DNA of 64,000 nucleotides from Octopus bimaculoides (Eukaryota), in assembly GCF_001194135.2 (NCBI RefSeq), contig NC_068981.1:100607043-100671042 (forward strand), in the 5' to 3' direction. The notes below the pieces were generated by a model. The model saw only the letters and a program-made list of their open reading frames with translations, made no database searches and was not told where the DNA came from. Shown here in pieces: positions 51,168 through 64,000 of this stretch; the first letter of the stretch is position 1, and every line of letters starts with the position of its first letter. A program made the position numbers and the translations under genes.

Positions 51168-51556
51168 TGTTGTTGTTGGCATTCCGTCGCTTACGACATC
51201 GAGGGTTCCAGTTGATCCGATCAACAGAACAGCCTGCTCGTGAAATTAACATGCAAGTGGCTGAGCACTCCACAGACACGTGTACCCTTAACATAGTTCT
51301 CGGGGATATTCAGTGTGACACAGTGTGACAAAGCTGACCCTTTGAATTACAGGCACAACGGAAACAGGAAGTAAGAGTGAGAGAAAGTTGTGGCGAAAGA
51401 GTACAGCAGGGTTTGCCACCATCCCCTGCCGGAGTCTCGTGGAGCTTTAGGTGTTTTTGCTCAATAAACACTCACAATGCCCGATCTGGGAATCGAAACC
51501 GCGATCCTATGACCGCGAGTCCGCTGTCCTAACCACTGGGCCATTGCGCCTCCACT
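51168..51556 (-). mobile_element. Young tRNA-derived SINE (Nin-like core)
   Basis: Reverse-complement copy of 13080-13465; 11-bp TSD cctttggtgat (51157-51167 / 51557-51567). Confidence 0.9.
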
Positions 51557-54500
51557 CCTTTGGTGATAGGTCTGCTCAATCAAGATAAAACTACTATTTC
51601 TTAAAATGGCTACATATTTTGTCATTTACACTAGAAGGAAATACTTTTGTAACAAAGTAAAATTAATATCTTTGTTCCTTTTCATGCTCTAAGTTTTGTA
51701 CTTTCAGCATATCACTTCATAATTAGCTCCATAATAGAAAACAGAAAGTGTTAACATCTAATAAGCTGTCTGAACAGTTCATGGACTTCTATTTTATGAA
51801 TGTTTCTACCGGTTACTATCCCTCTTCAGCTAGCACATTTGAAATCTTGATTCTGTTTTTCCCCAAAGTACAAGTCCCACTGCACCTTTTTTGTTTACCT
51901 AATATTTGGTCTGAGTTTAAGGTGGTGAGTTGGCAGAATTGTTCATATGCCAGGCAAAATGCTTAGCAGCATTTCATCCATCCTTACACTCTAAATTCAA
52001 ATTCCACTGGTGTTGACTTTTCCTTTCATCCATTCGGGGTCAATAAAATAAGTCCCAGTTTAGCACTAGGGTCAATGTAATCAACAAAACCCACTCCATG
52101 AAACTTTTGGCCTTGTGCCAAAATTTGAAACCAACATTTAGTTTGAGTTCCTATTTATTCCTTTCCTACATATTAACAAAAAGTACTTCAAATTATTAGC
52201 TTATAAACAAATTGCTTTACAGAATATTACTCATTTCTTTACTAGAAATGTAATTTATTGACATTTCCTTTCCATATTCTGCTGTATTGATATAATATTG
52301 GTTTATTCTCACTAAGAAGAATGGGAAGTGGTGCACATTCTTAGCTGGTAGGGGTTCAACAAATTCAGTTGAATCTTCATCATCATCATTTGACTTATAT
52401 TTTCCATGTTGACATGATTTGATAGGATCTCACAAAACAGAGAGTTGCACCAAGCTCCACTACCAGCTTTGGCATGTTTTCTATGGCTGGATTCTCTTCT
52501 TAATGTCAACCATATTACAATGTGTTCTGGGTACCTTTTTGTACCACTAGTGTGATTGCCAAGTAAGTTGCAAAACAGAATCTGCATATATCATCATCAT
52601 TTAACATCTATTGTCCATGCTGGCATAGGCTGAATGGTGTGACCAGAGCTGGTAAATCAGTGGTGGGGGCTGCACCAAACTTCAGTCTGATTTGGTTTGG
52701 TTTCTACAGCTGGATACCCTTCTTAATGCCAATCACTTTACAGAGTGTGCTGGGTGCTTTTTTGTGGCACCACCCGGGTGCTTTTACGTCATTACACAGG
52801 CGCTTTTGTGTTGCCACACACATGCTTTTATGTGGCACTAACATGAGTGTATATGTACATATACTGAAAGGCTCTTCTCAACATGGGGTCATGAGGACTC
52901 ATCAGTTTTGTTGTGGACATGACAACTTTTCTAATGCTTGTGCCATGATAAAATGCATTCAGTACACTCTGTAAAGTAGTTAATGTAAGAAAAGGCATCA
53001 AGCCATTGAAACCAAGAAAAATGCAATATGTAAGCAAGATATGGTCTTCTGACCCACCTAGCTCAGTAACTTGAATTGTGACAGCCTATCCAACTCATAC
53101 CAGCATGGAAGCAGATGTAAAATGATGATCTATATGTATACTAAAATACAAATTAGATGGCTAATGATTGATTTACTTCCATATGCAAAACTCCTTTTGG
53201 TGAAATCCTGACTTAGCCTATGTTGTAGCATTCAAATCTTTACCAGCAGAAGTATTTATTTTCACTCAGTGATTGGAAATGACTTTCCCAAATCAAAAAT
53301 AGTTTGCTTTCTCAGCTCATCAAAACCTTCTCTCTTTCAGTATATACAACACTTATCCTTTGTATTAATTTCAAACATTGGTACAGGGTCACAAGTATAT
53401 TAGGGAAGTGTATATTTGATTGTACTTGCTTGAAAATAACAATTTCAAGTTCTTGGCAGGTATTTGTTGATTTTATTTAGCTATACTTCATCCCTGACTT
53501 AGTAGACCTATGCTCAGATGTTCTACAACCTATCTAGTTTTTTTTAAGAAATAGTTATATCTGGGACTACATTATTCAATGTCTCCTCTTTGCTTAACCC
53601 TTTTGTTAGTATATTTCTGTCGAAATACACTGCCTTTGTTTCAAGTAATGGAGAATAACCTTCATTAAGCTGGTGTTTGATACATAAATTAACATGAAAT
53701 TTTGATGGAAGGTTTTAATTTTAATCATTTTGCAACAGAATGTTTGTCTTAAGAGCAGTCTTAGGCAGGTTGGTATCAAGTATTAAAACTGTAGAGTGAG
53801 ATTTGAAAGAAATTTGGTTGCTGTTTTTTGTAGATTGAGCAACTGTGTAAAGGCTCCCAGACATTTGTAATTCTGAAGCAGAATACATTATTCCCATTCA
53901 TCTAAGGTTGAGAAGAGGTGACATAAACTGGGGATGCTACTCATGATGGACCAACATTCTACTGAGAGGAAGATTTCCATCTTTACTAAATACCGTGAAC
54001 GCAAAGCTAAGTATTGACCCTTAACAGCATTCAAAACATAGAAGATATTTACTTTTTTCAATACAATACATGACTGGTATTTATTTTATTGGGCCTGAGA
54101 AGTATGAAAAGGAAAACTGACTTGAGCAGTATTTTGAACTCAGATTTTAGTATGACAAAACAAAACACAGTTCAGGCATTTAACCTGGCTCTCTACCACC
54201 CACTTTTTCACTAACATCATCTCTGTAGATATAGTAATTTCTTATATTGGCACAAGCCCTCTAGCGGATGGTATAAGCGATTATACTGGCCCTAGTACTT
54301 GACTGGTACTTTATTTTATCGACTCTAGGGGATGAAATGCAAAGTCAACCCTGGCAAGATTTGGACTCAGAATATAAATGGTTGTATATAAATAAAGCAA
54401 AGCATTTTTTTGTGATGCTAATCCATCATCCACAGTGACAATTCCTTGCCTATTTCATTTCAATGCCACTAAGGGCATGATATCCTGGTCAGTTCCCACT

Positions 54501-55003
54501 ATTCTAAATGCTTACTATTTTTCATCCCCACTACATTGATAACATTGTTTCTGATTAGTTATCTTTTGTCCTCATATTTTATAGCCTTGTGAAAACTTCC
54601 CTTACCAAGCTGCCTATTGGCTTAAAAACAATTTCTAAAAAGAAAAAAAATTATCTGTAATTCCTAAGTAATATATTTGTAGAAAAATAAAAGATGTGTA
54701 CAAAATAAATGGCATTCTCACAAGTTTTGTTTGGAAAAACTTCAGTTCATTTTCTTTATTGATATGCTTTTCATGACAAATTAACTGGTTTTAATCAATC
54801 TTATAACGAAAAGCTTATAATGAAAACAGCCCATGCACATGGGGATAAAAATTGAATAAATAATAGAACCTTCTACATCAAAATAGAAAACAAATAGTTT
54901 TGAACCAAGAATTAACTGAAATTTCATTAAGAAAACAAATCAATTTACATTTAAACATTATTGAGTTAGTCTACCAATTTAGACAAATAGATGTGTGTGT
55001 ATG

Positions 55004-55040
<37 letters not shown>

Positions 55041-55397
55041 GCACACACACACACACACAAAGGTGGAAGTGAGCAGAGAGAGGGAAGAATGCACAGATGA
55101 CCAAATTGGCAGTGTATCGGACAGCCAACTAAGTAATTAGAAGTTTGTATCCCGACACAGGCACTTCAATGTCAAGTTTCTACCTGGCTGTAAATAGACA
55201 CCACAGAGAACAAGTTACTGTTGTAACCTGTAGACCTGTAGTAGCACTCCAAAATTGATGAATGTTTCATTAACTTGCAGTGCTGAGTTGAACTCAGCCT
55301 GAGAGTACAGACAAACTGACTCACAGTAGACGCACTACATGAATGCCAGGTCTCCTGTAGTGTCTCTATGACTTACACAACTTGCCATATGTATGTT

Positions 55398-55439
<42 letters not shown>

Positions 55440-56307
55440 GTGTATTTTTGGTATTAGATATGATGACAAATCGGGGTTAGATTCTCGTAGCTTGATAAGA
55501 GAATAAGTAAAAATATATAAAAACAGTTTGAGCTACTATTTTAAAACATAATTTGTGGAGTTCAAAGGTAGGTTCCAATATCTAACTTATATCATTCCAA
55601 GAATGATTTCATGTGAAGAGTTGGAAGAGCCAATGTATTTTCATACTTTTTTCTTCATTGTCACAGCTGGCCGTTGAGTTGATAAAGTGTTTATTGATCA
55701 AAGATGTGATGTGTGATATCTCTGACAAAACAGTTATTTCTTAATAGTCAAATCCATTAGCTACCACAGAGAGCTGCAGTGTGCTGGTTTAAGCAGCAAA
55801 GAGACAATGTACCAACTGATAAGTACCAGTCTTTTCTGTTGGCAGCTTAAGATGATATGGATACATTTGTAAATTGTACCGAATGTAAATTTCTAATGCA
55901 ACCGAGAAATACTTCTATGTATTCTCCCTTGAATCCAATATTAAAACGAGGTCTTCTGTCAGATCCATAACAGATCCTGAGAAATTAGTTTACTTTTACA
56001 ACTTACAGAGCTTCAGTCTGTAAAAATAAGACAAGAAAAAAAATTCAAAATACAGTATAGTCATTTCAAAATCAGAGATGTTCCAAGAGAAAAATTAAAT
56101 CACTGAAGTTTTCTTTTTACATGGTTTTTATACAGTATTGTATGACAAAAAAATAAATATTTCTTTCCTTTCATCTTCCATTTTTTTTCTTATTTGTTTT
56201 GTGAATGATTTTATAATGGTTAATAAAATAAACATATATAAATAATATTTTTTTTAAATGTCGGCAAAAAAAAAATATATAAATCAAAAAAAAAATCACA
56301 CCCAAAG

Positions 56308-56313
56308 TTTATT
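56308..56313 (-). promoter_or_regulatory. Candidate proximal poly(A) signal of DERL1 (a distal candidate lies at 55690-55695)
   Basis: AATAAA on the minus strand ~105 nt after the stop, followed by a G/T- and T-rich stretch. Confidence 0.4.
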
Positions 56314-56417
56314 TCATCTTGGTGGTGGAATAAGGAGGGAAATATCTTGAAAATGAGGAAGAAAAAGAATTAAGAAAAAAAAAGGTGGGATGGGGGTATA
56401 TTTCGAAAACTGTGCAA

Positions 56418-56550
56418 TTAATTGCCACCCAGTGTTTGCCCACGTCCCCAGGTATGTCCACCTTCGCCTCCTTGATTACCATTTGTAAATCTTCGTCTGG
56501 GTGCTTCTCCAAATCCTGCCCAAGTCTGATGGCTTGGGAAGTATTTGTAA
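56418..56550 (-). CDS. DERL1: Derlin-1 terminal coding exon with SHP (p97-binding) box
   Basis: ttttttccag acceptor; (L)YKYFPSHQTWAGFGEAPRRRFTNGNQGGEGGHTWGRGQTLGGN-TAA; WGRGQTLG fits the SHP box. Confidence 0.93.
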
Positions 56551-57064
56551 CTGGAAAAAAAAATTTAAATATGTAAAGGACATTTTGAAAAAGTCTTACT
56601 TTTGATTTGATTTGATTTTCTAATGTAGATTAAAATGGTTTTACAAATTTTTAACATTTCTTTAAATTGCTGTAGGTAAATAATGCTGGACACCATCATT
56701 TGAAATGTCAACCATGGTAGCATTTTAATTTTTTTCAACTGATTTCCCCTTGATAAAGGATGCCCCAAAATGTCTTATATTTAAATAAACAACTTCACCA
56801 ATCATCCACTACATATCATTCTTATTTTAACACATTCTTAATGTTGGCATCTGTTATTTCATTGAACTGTCTCGTGTATAAATGCTTCTTCAAACCATCT
56901 GAATTCAATGTCTCTCAACAGTTAAAACTGCACCTCGAATGGACCAAATATTCCTAACCCCAATCAAACTATTGTAAGTCCTCCACATTTACAGAAGATA
57001 CTGGGTGCTTTTTATTGAGGTACCAACACTAGATAGGTTGTCATATCCTTGACAGACTCTAAAG

Positions 57065-57380
57065 CAGTGTTTCCCAACCTATTTTTCCCCAGACCCCAAC
57101 ATAACTTTCCAGAAAAATGTAAGTCCCACCAGTGGTTGGAAAAAAAAAAAACATCTTTATTTTTAATATTTTATCTTAATTATTTAATACAAAAGAAGAT
57201 ACTGGTAACTCTTTTATTAAGTAACAAGTACAAAAAAATGTAGATTATTGACTAAGAAAAAAGTTTTCACAATTTCATGTTCCACTAAAAAAGAATGGAA
57301 AAAAAATATGACTCTCACACCCCACCACAATTTTCTAAAGCCCCACCGGTGAGGTGTATGTCTCACACTGGGAATCACTG
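57065..57380. mobile_element. hAT-Charlie-type MITE in a DERL1 intron
   Basis: TIRs CAGTGTTTCCCA / TGGGAATCACTG; TSD CTCTAAAG/CTCTTAAG. Confidence 0.88.
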
Positions 57381-57675
57381 CTCTTAAGTGTCCTGTCAAC
57401 CCTAAATTTTCTCCACTCATTTGACAACCACTTTACAGAGTGTGCTGGGAACATTTTTTATCATAGTACCAGCACTACTGAGGTTGCCTTGTATGCCACA
57501 AGACAAAAAGGCTCTAAAAGTCCCTACAGCTCAACACTGTCACCCATCAGAAAAGTTCTAAGAGTCCCTACTGCTCAAAGCTGTCTCCTTTCAGAAAGTA
57601 AGAATGAAGAAGTTGGCATAAAAGAGAACGTGTATGTATAATCATACATAAGTGCAAGCATATGCTTATACTTAC

Positions 57676-57786
57676 AGAAACTGTGGTGTTGTAATAAGCT
57701 GAGGACCTCCAAAATCCTGTGGGTACTTGAATTTCAAAAAGAAATACAGATGGCCAACAAGAATGCCAATCAACTCAAACAAACCT
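57676..57786 (-). CDS. DERL1: Derlin-1, 111-nt exon
   Basis: ctttatttcag acceptor; GLFELIGILVGHLYFFLKFKYPQDFGGPQLITTPQF(L) (GHLYFF, GxxxG); donor gtaagt. Confidence 0.95.
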
Positions 57787-58091
57787 CTGAAATAAAGAAA
57801 GAAATTTTTTTAGATCACTATGTTATATTATTATCGTCACCATTTAACATCCACTTTTCCATGCTTACATAGGCCAGACAGAATTTGTTGAGGTGGATTC
57901 TCTACAGCAGATGTCCTTCCTACTACCAACCCTCACCTGTTTCCAAATAAAGTATTATGACCAGACATTGTTTTTACTGAAGACTGGAAATGAAAGACAC
58001 CTGCACGATGGTGACATTTGCTCACAACTATCATATGATGTCAATGCAACGGGGACAGTAACACAGAGACATATATATATATATATATCAT

Positions 58092-58127
<36 letters not shown>

Positions 58128-59198
58128 CAAGACAGGTTTCCTTCAGTTTCCCCTCAACCATATCCACTCACAAGGCTTTGGTCAACCTGGGGCTATAGAA
58201 GATATTTGTCTAAGGTGCCATGCAGTGGGACTAAACCTGAAACAATGTGGTTGAGAAGCAAACTTCTTACCATACAGTCACACTTGTACCCATATATATA
58301 TCATTTTCCTCCTCATCATATGTTTATCTCTTTAACAATTAAACCAGCCATACCCAATCCAAATATTCCACTAATATTTTATGTATAAACAGTCAGATCC
58401 AGTCTCTCACACCTACCCTACAATGTCATTCTAAAAATAAACAATTGTATCATCGAAATCTCAAAGCTATGAGACAATGCATGATTAATTCAAAACAATG
58501 TGAATAAATAAGCATTACATTTGACAGAGTAATCTGAATGTTAAAGGGTTAAACATTTGTAATTTTTTTATCTTATTGGCATGAGATGAACATGTCTACA
58601 TAGTCTCTAAGGTTGCCAGAGTAAATTCAACATGTATGGTGAAGTCACATCTTAAAAATGGTATTTGTTCTTAAGAAGTAGCTTTGTGCTGAGGTTCCTC
58701 CTCTTAGCATTACAATAATATAAAATTTCAATTGGAAGATATGCTGTTGGTCTTTGAATATCCATTTACTCCAAGGTGGACTAAGTCAGCAAGAGTTGAA
58801 TGTCTTGCTCTCATTACAGATTAATGCTGGTAGTGGCCTGTAAATAGCACCATTAGAGTGTAATCGTTACCAGCGTTGCCTTCTAGCACTTGTGCTGGTG
58901 GCACGTTAGAAAATCATTTGAGCGAGGTCGTTGCCAGTGCCGCTGGACTGGCTCCCATGCAGGTGGCACGTAAAAAACACCTTTTTGAGCATGGCCATTG
59001 CCAGTACCATGTGACTGGCCCTTGTGCCGGTGGCACGTAAAAAGCACCCACTACACTCTCTGAGTGGTTGGCGTTAGGAAGGGCATCCAGCTGTAGAAAC
59101 TCTGCCAGATCAGATTGGAACCTGGTGCAGCCTTCTGGCTTGTCAGTCCTCAGTCAAATTGTCCAACCCATGCTAGCATGGAAAGCGGACGTTAAACA

Positions 59199-59230
<32 letters not shown>

Positions 59231-59968
59231 TTCTAACAATATAAGATACTTATCTATTCTTTGAAAATGTGGCTAACCAATTGAATACTTGCAGTGAATA
59301 AACAAAATATTTGCAGTCAAACAAAACACGAACAATTATGTTTATAATCCAAATGCATACGCTACATATGATTAGGGATGTTGTTAGGGAGGAGCACTCA
59401 TAGAAACATCACTGAGCAATTCGAATACCAAACACAATGAGTAATTGTTTGCAGCACTGCACGCTCATCTAGCCATTATTACCAACTTGAAAAAACCAGT
59501 AGTGGTAGCAGATGACATCTAAGAAACTTAGATACATAATTAGGTTGACTGAGCCACTAAATAGCAGTGTGGGATATGGTACATGGACCCTTCAGATGAT
59601 AGTTAACACTTTTTTGATTTAGAAAGATATATTCTTTTAAAGTGGGCACCAAAGAAATATTTTTGTAACAATCTCCCGCAGTTAAATGTAAACAAAAACA
59701 AACAAATTCCATTAATACATTCTGTAAAGTGGTTGGCATTACAGACGCCTAGAGCTTCGTGCAGCTCTTTAGCTTACCAGCTCTAGTCAAACCATTTAAC
59801 CCATGCCAGCATGAAAAACGAATGTTAAATGTTAATGATGATGAACCAGTTATATTTACAACACAAAAATATCCAATGATGCTTATAATAACTGGTAAAA
59901 AAAAAGCTAGCTATTCAAAGAGAAGCATATTAGTGAAGGACGTTTATAGCATTAAAAATTGAACTTAC

Positions 59969-60021
59969 CCATCACCAACAATCAGGTTAAAGCCTAACAA
60001 CACCCAAGGTAAATACATGGC
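59969..60021 (-). CDS. DERL1: Derlin-1, 53-nt exon
   Basis: ttttattgtag acceptor; AMYLPWVLLGFNLIVGD(G) (YLPWV motif); donor gtaagt. Confidence 0.94.
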
Positions 60022-61476
60022 CTACAATAAAAAATAAAGCGGTTATTAAATTTTGGTACGTTTTTGTTGTCAACAACACTATTTTCCTCGCTATATAAAA
60101 AAACTGTCCACTTCAACAGTGTTATTAATATTATTAAGTGGCAACTCATTCTATATGAAGGGCTTGATATGCCAGGAAAAGGCAGCTACAGCTTGGTACC
60201 AATGTCATTCACAAGTATTGCTGTCAGAATGCAAAGCATTTCCTTTAATGTATTAACAATTCCATTAATCCACCACTCTTATTACTTGAGCTTGAAAGGA
60301 TCAAAGACAATGCTGAACTCAGAGCACAACTACCACAAGGCATTATATCCACTGCTCTAATCACCACCAATTCGCTGTCTTAAATAACAAAGAATTCAAA
60401 CCCTTATCCTCACACTCATTTTCTTCCTACACCATTAATACAATCAGTAAAACAATAGTCAATAGCTTTAAGTGAAATTAACTGAATATTGTTAAAGATT
60501 AAGATTTGAATAAAGGAAAATTTAAGATGGAAAAGGTGAATGCAAAATATATTCACAAACACTAGGAGTTTATCTATATCTTATGGCATTCACTTATGTA
60601 TTCATTGATATTAAATCAGTAATAATTCAAGATTTAAGTGTGCCTCACACAACCTCCTGTTCTTTCAAATGTTTAAATGCCAGCTACTCAGTGTTTGTTA
60701 AAGATGTGAAGAAATCTAACTTATTAAAGCAGATTTTATTGTCACTTAATGACAATCATTACAACTGATTGAGATAGAAGGATGCTGAACTACGATGGTT
60801 TAGGTCTTACTGATATTTAACCAGGTTCTTAGTAAAATCACTAAACTCTCAATGACCCAGTCAATTTAGCTGAACAAAGGTACTGGAGGAAGGATAATGT
60901 CCCTAACTGGAATGAAAAAAGGGGATGGTGAGGCTGTATAAGTAATAAGTATTTCGTTAGACTGTGGTGATGGAAAAGTACATTACACTATCTGCATTCT
61001 ACTCCAAGTAAATTTTTATGATGAATCATAAAGGTCAACTCATTATAGATCAAATACTGATTTCAAATTTTGGCACAAGGCCAGCAATTTTGGGGAAGGA
61101 GGTAAGTCAATTACATTGATTCCAGTACTCAACTAGAAAGATGAAAAGTAGTCAACCTCAGTGGAATTTGAATTTAGAATGTAAAGACAGATGAAATACT
61201 GCTTAGCATTTTTCCCAGCACGCTAACAATTCTGCCAGCTTGCTGCCGTTTGGTAGATCAGATATTACTTTCAAGAAAAGAGCACTTCCTTAACACAGTA
61301 CTTAACAACATAAAAGGCATTTTATACATAAGAAATATTTAATGAAATGTGGATTAAGAAATACACTTAATGTATTTCTTAAGAAATCCAACTTCAAATT
61401 CTAATAAAAACTAACACAGAAAGAAAGGCATCAAATACAGACATTAGAGTGTGATTAACAAATCTCATTTTCTTAA

Positions 61477-61767
61477 CCCATTACCTACCAGTGATCTCAT
61501 ATGAGATCACTTAAAAATTACAAATTTCGTAATTATCTGTCAATATTTACACATATCTAACCTTTTAGCTATATCTACTAGGTATATTTCTCTGATATTC
61601 AAATGAGGTTTGCTAATTTTTCACCCAATATTTCGCTTATTTCTATTTAAAATGTTATTTTGAAATGTTATTTTGATCATTCCAGCATGTTTCTAAGACT
61701 GTTTTATGCTAGAAATCAAAGTTTCATAAAAAAAATTCCAGTTAATAGAATTATGGGAGGTAATGGG
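61477..61767. mobile_element. piggyBac-type MITE, third family
   Basis: TTAA-CCCATTACC...GGTAATGGG-TTAA; internal 20-bp palindrome at 61491-61510. Confidence 0.85.
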
Positions 61768-61820
61768 TTAAGTCAAAGGTGTGAAAAATTGTTTCCATGA
61801 GGAAGTTATGTATAGTTTAC

Positions 61821-61916
61821 CGGAAAGCGAGTTCCGAACCAGAAAGTTACGGTTGTATCTTTGTTCAGTTGACACCAGATGTATAGTACACTCAGAACCA
61901 TAGGATCCATCAAAAG
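61821..61916 (-). CDS. DERL1: Derlin-1, 96-nt exon
   Basis: ttttctttgcag acceptor; LLMDPMVLSVLYIWCQLNKDTTVTFWFGTRFP (Derlin-1 SVLYxWxQLN...FWFGTRF); donor gtaaac. Confidence 0.95.
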
Positions 61917-62639
61917 CTGCAAAGAAAATCAAATCCTCATGATTTCTAGATTTTAAAATAATCTGAAAAAGAAAAGTCAGGAAATTTACATTTTTCCTTA
62001 TTACCTTCCCAATATTGGTTTCAAATTTTGGCACAAGGACAGCAATTTCAGAGCAGGGGGCAAGTTGATTACATCAACCCCAGTGTTCAACTGGTACTTA
62101 TTCTATTGACCCCGAAAGGATGAAAGGCAAAGTCAACCTTGGGGAATTTAAACTCAGAACATACAGATAGACAAAATGCTGCTAAACATTTTACCCAGAA
62201 TGCTAAATATTCTGCCTTATTACCTTTCTGATATTCTGAAACATTTAATAAGCAAAGAAATAATTATCAAGGACAACTAAAAATCATGGTCTATTCATAC
62301 AGATCTGACTTTATACTCTATTTATATAAGCTAGTCTTTGAAAAATGATGTTTACTGGAAATGAAGTCAGTAATAATGGGTTAAAACCATCTTATAAGAA
62401 AACTATTGAAAGCTGCAAGCAGCAGAGAATGAGGTTCAACAAAATTTAGAAAACTGTCTCTTTAAAAGGAATCTCAAGTGGGAAAGAACATGTTGAGTAA
62501 AATTTCCAACAATGGCAGCAAGAAAAAAAAACGGACATGAAATTATTTTCCAAGAAACAAATCACTTTTTCTGTGCAGGTACAATAAGCACTAAAAATAT
62601 GCAGACAACAGACTCCCTCAAATGCTCAAGTGGATTGTT

Positions 62640-62808
62640 AGAAATAGTAGATAGCTTCTGTTACCAAGGAGACCAAGTTAGCAGTGGGGGAGGAAGTTCT
62701 GAAAGTGTAGTTGCTAGGATAAGAACGGGCTGGGCAAAGTTCAGAGAGCTTCTACCTTCGTTAGTAACTCAGAGTGAAAGGCAGATTGTATGATGCCTGT
62801 GTACATAC
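62640..62808 (+). mobile_element. RTE LINE internal fragment
   Basis: EIVDSFCYQGDQVSSGGG...ARIRTGWAKFRELLP, homologous to 28960-29140. Confidence 0.85.
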
Positions 62809-63167
62809 AGCTGGGCAATTTTCAAAGAAGTGTTAACTAAACAAACATACACAAACACACATATACATATATACATGCACACAAGTGCATTTGTACACAT
62901 ACCCACACACACAGAATTGGATTCTTCCAGTTGCCATCTACCACATCCATTCACAAGGATTTGATTGACCCAATGCTATGATAAGAGACACTTGTCCAAA
63001 GTTGGAACCAAGCAATTTCAAAGAGAATCAGTTGACAATATCAAATTAAGGAGAAATCAGATACTTTTGATTACATAAGATTTAAAAGCAATGTTCTGTG
63101 AAACAACATAAAAGTTTAAAAAAGAAATAATTGTGAAACGCTGAAGTAATAAAGAAAATTTACTTAC

Positions 63168-63194
63168 CAAGAGATCTGCTGTTAAACCTATTAG
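63168..63194 (-). CDS. DERL1: Derlin-1, 27-nt exon
   Basis: Minus strand ccctaag|CTAATAGGTTTAACAGCAGATCTCTTG|gtaagt = LIGLTADLL; size and phase match the 27-nt exon I recall in vertebrate DERL1. Confidence 0.8.
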
Positions 63195-64000
63195 CTTAGG
63201 GTGTGAAGTAAAGGAAAAAACACATCTTTAAGCTTAAATTATATTCTGAAACAAATTTCATTTTTTTTTTTTAATCTCTCTTACGATTGACAATCTTTAG
63301 CCTTAACCTTGATGTATTTCATGGCATGTTTCACAAGATTTCAGTCATTGATAATATTTTCCACCATGATAAAGTCATTGAAATAATTAAGACTAATTTA
63401 CAATACAATGTGTGTATAGGTGTATGTATATGCGTGTGTGTGTGTAATGTTTTTAGATATGCTTAACAATGTATCTCAAAGCAAGTTCAACTATAATACC
63501 ATGGGTGAAAAACCACTGGGATGGAAAAATGGCAGGAAGCTACCTGCAGGACTCGTCATTTGTAGCCCAAACAGATGTGCAACCAATTACACTGAAGCAG
63601 CCCTTGTCAGTACAACACAGTCCTTCAACTCATCAAGATCCTTTTGAACATCCCAAACCATGCTAGTATAGAAGATGAACATCAAAATGATGCTGGTGAG
63701 ATATATATGTGTGTATATATACATACACACACACACATATATACATATACACATACACACACACACATATATACATATACACATCCACACATGTATTTAT
63801 GTATGCATGAATGCATATTAAAAATAAACCTCTAGAGGCAACATAAGGGCTTTTGCAGAGATAATCTTTCCAGTTTCGATAGCAGGACAAAATGCACACA
63901 GTCTAATCTGTAAAATGGTTGGTGATAAGAGAGATGTCCAGACATAGAAACTATGCCATAAGAAACAACCTCAAACAACAGATATTAATTTTTTTCTATT

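Noticed and set aside
55282-55298. 17-bp palindrome GCTGAGTT-g-AACTCAGC
   Set aside because: Short and isolated; expected occasionally by chance in 64 kb, with no supporting context.
56309-56512. ORF MEKHPDEDLQ... on the minus strand
   Set aside because: Wrong frame; splice phase and homology give the Derlin-1 C-terminus in another frame.
59340-59560. Possible intronic snoRNA in DERL1
   Set aside because: No convincing paired C/D or H/ACA boxes with a terminal stem could be identified by eye.
61768-62034. ORF MPKFETNIG...
   Set aside because: Starts in a SINE and overlaps the DERL1 96-nt exon in a different frame.

Overview
AT-rich, repeat-dense animal genomic DNA. The SINE/RTE repeat families, microsatellites and scaffold N-gaps suggest an octopus or other coleoid cephalopod assembly (inference). 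Two convergent, intron-rich genes are visible. (1) Plus strand 186-46699: 16 phase-consistent exons, with the 5' end outside the window, of a YMR196W-like / GH63-type glycoside hydrolase. Its exon 38974-39950 appears to carry a ~290-aa Glu/Arg/Lys-rich low-complexity insertion between two conserved motifs. (2) Minus strand 63194-56418: the last five coding exons of Derlin-1, ending in an SHP box. Introns and the intergenic region contain mariner relics, two hAT elements with TIRs and TSDs, hAT- and piggyBac-type MITEs, RTE LINE fragments, many SINEs, a Helentron-like element and two long fold-back hairpins. A Penelope-like remnant carries a degenerate minimal hammerhead ribozyme motif. All family assignments come from reading the sequence and recalling motifs; no searches were run.
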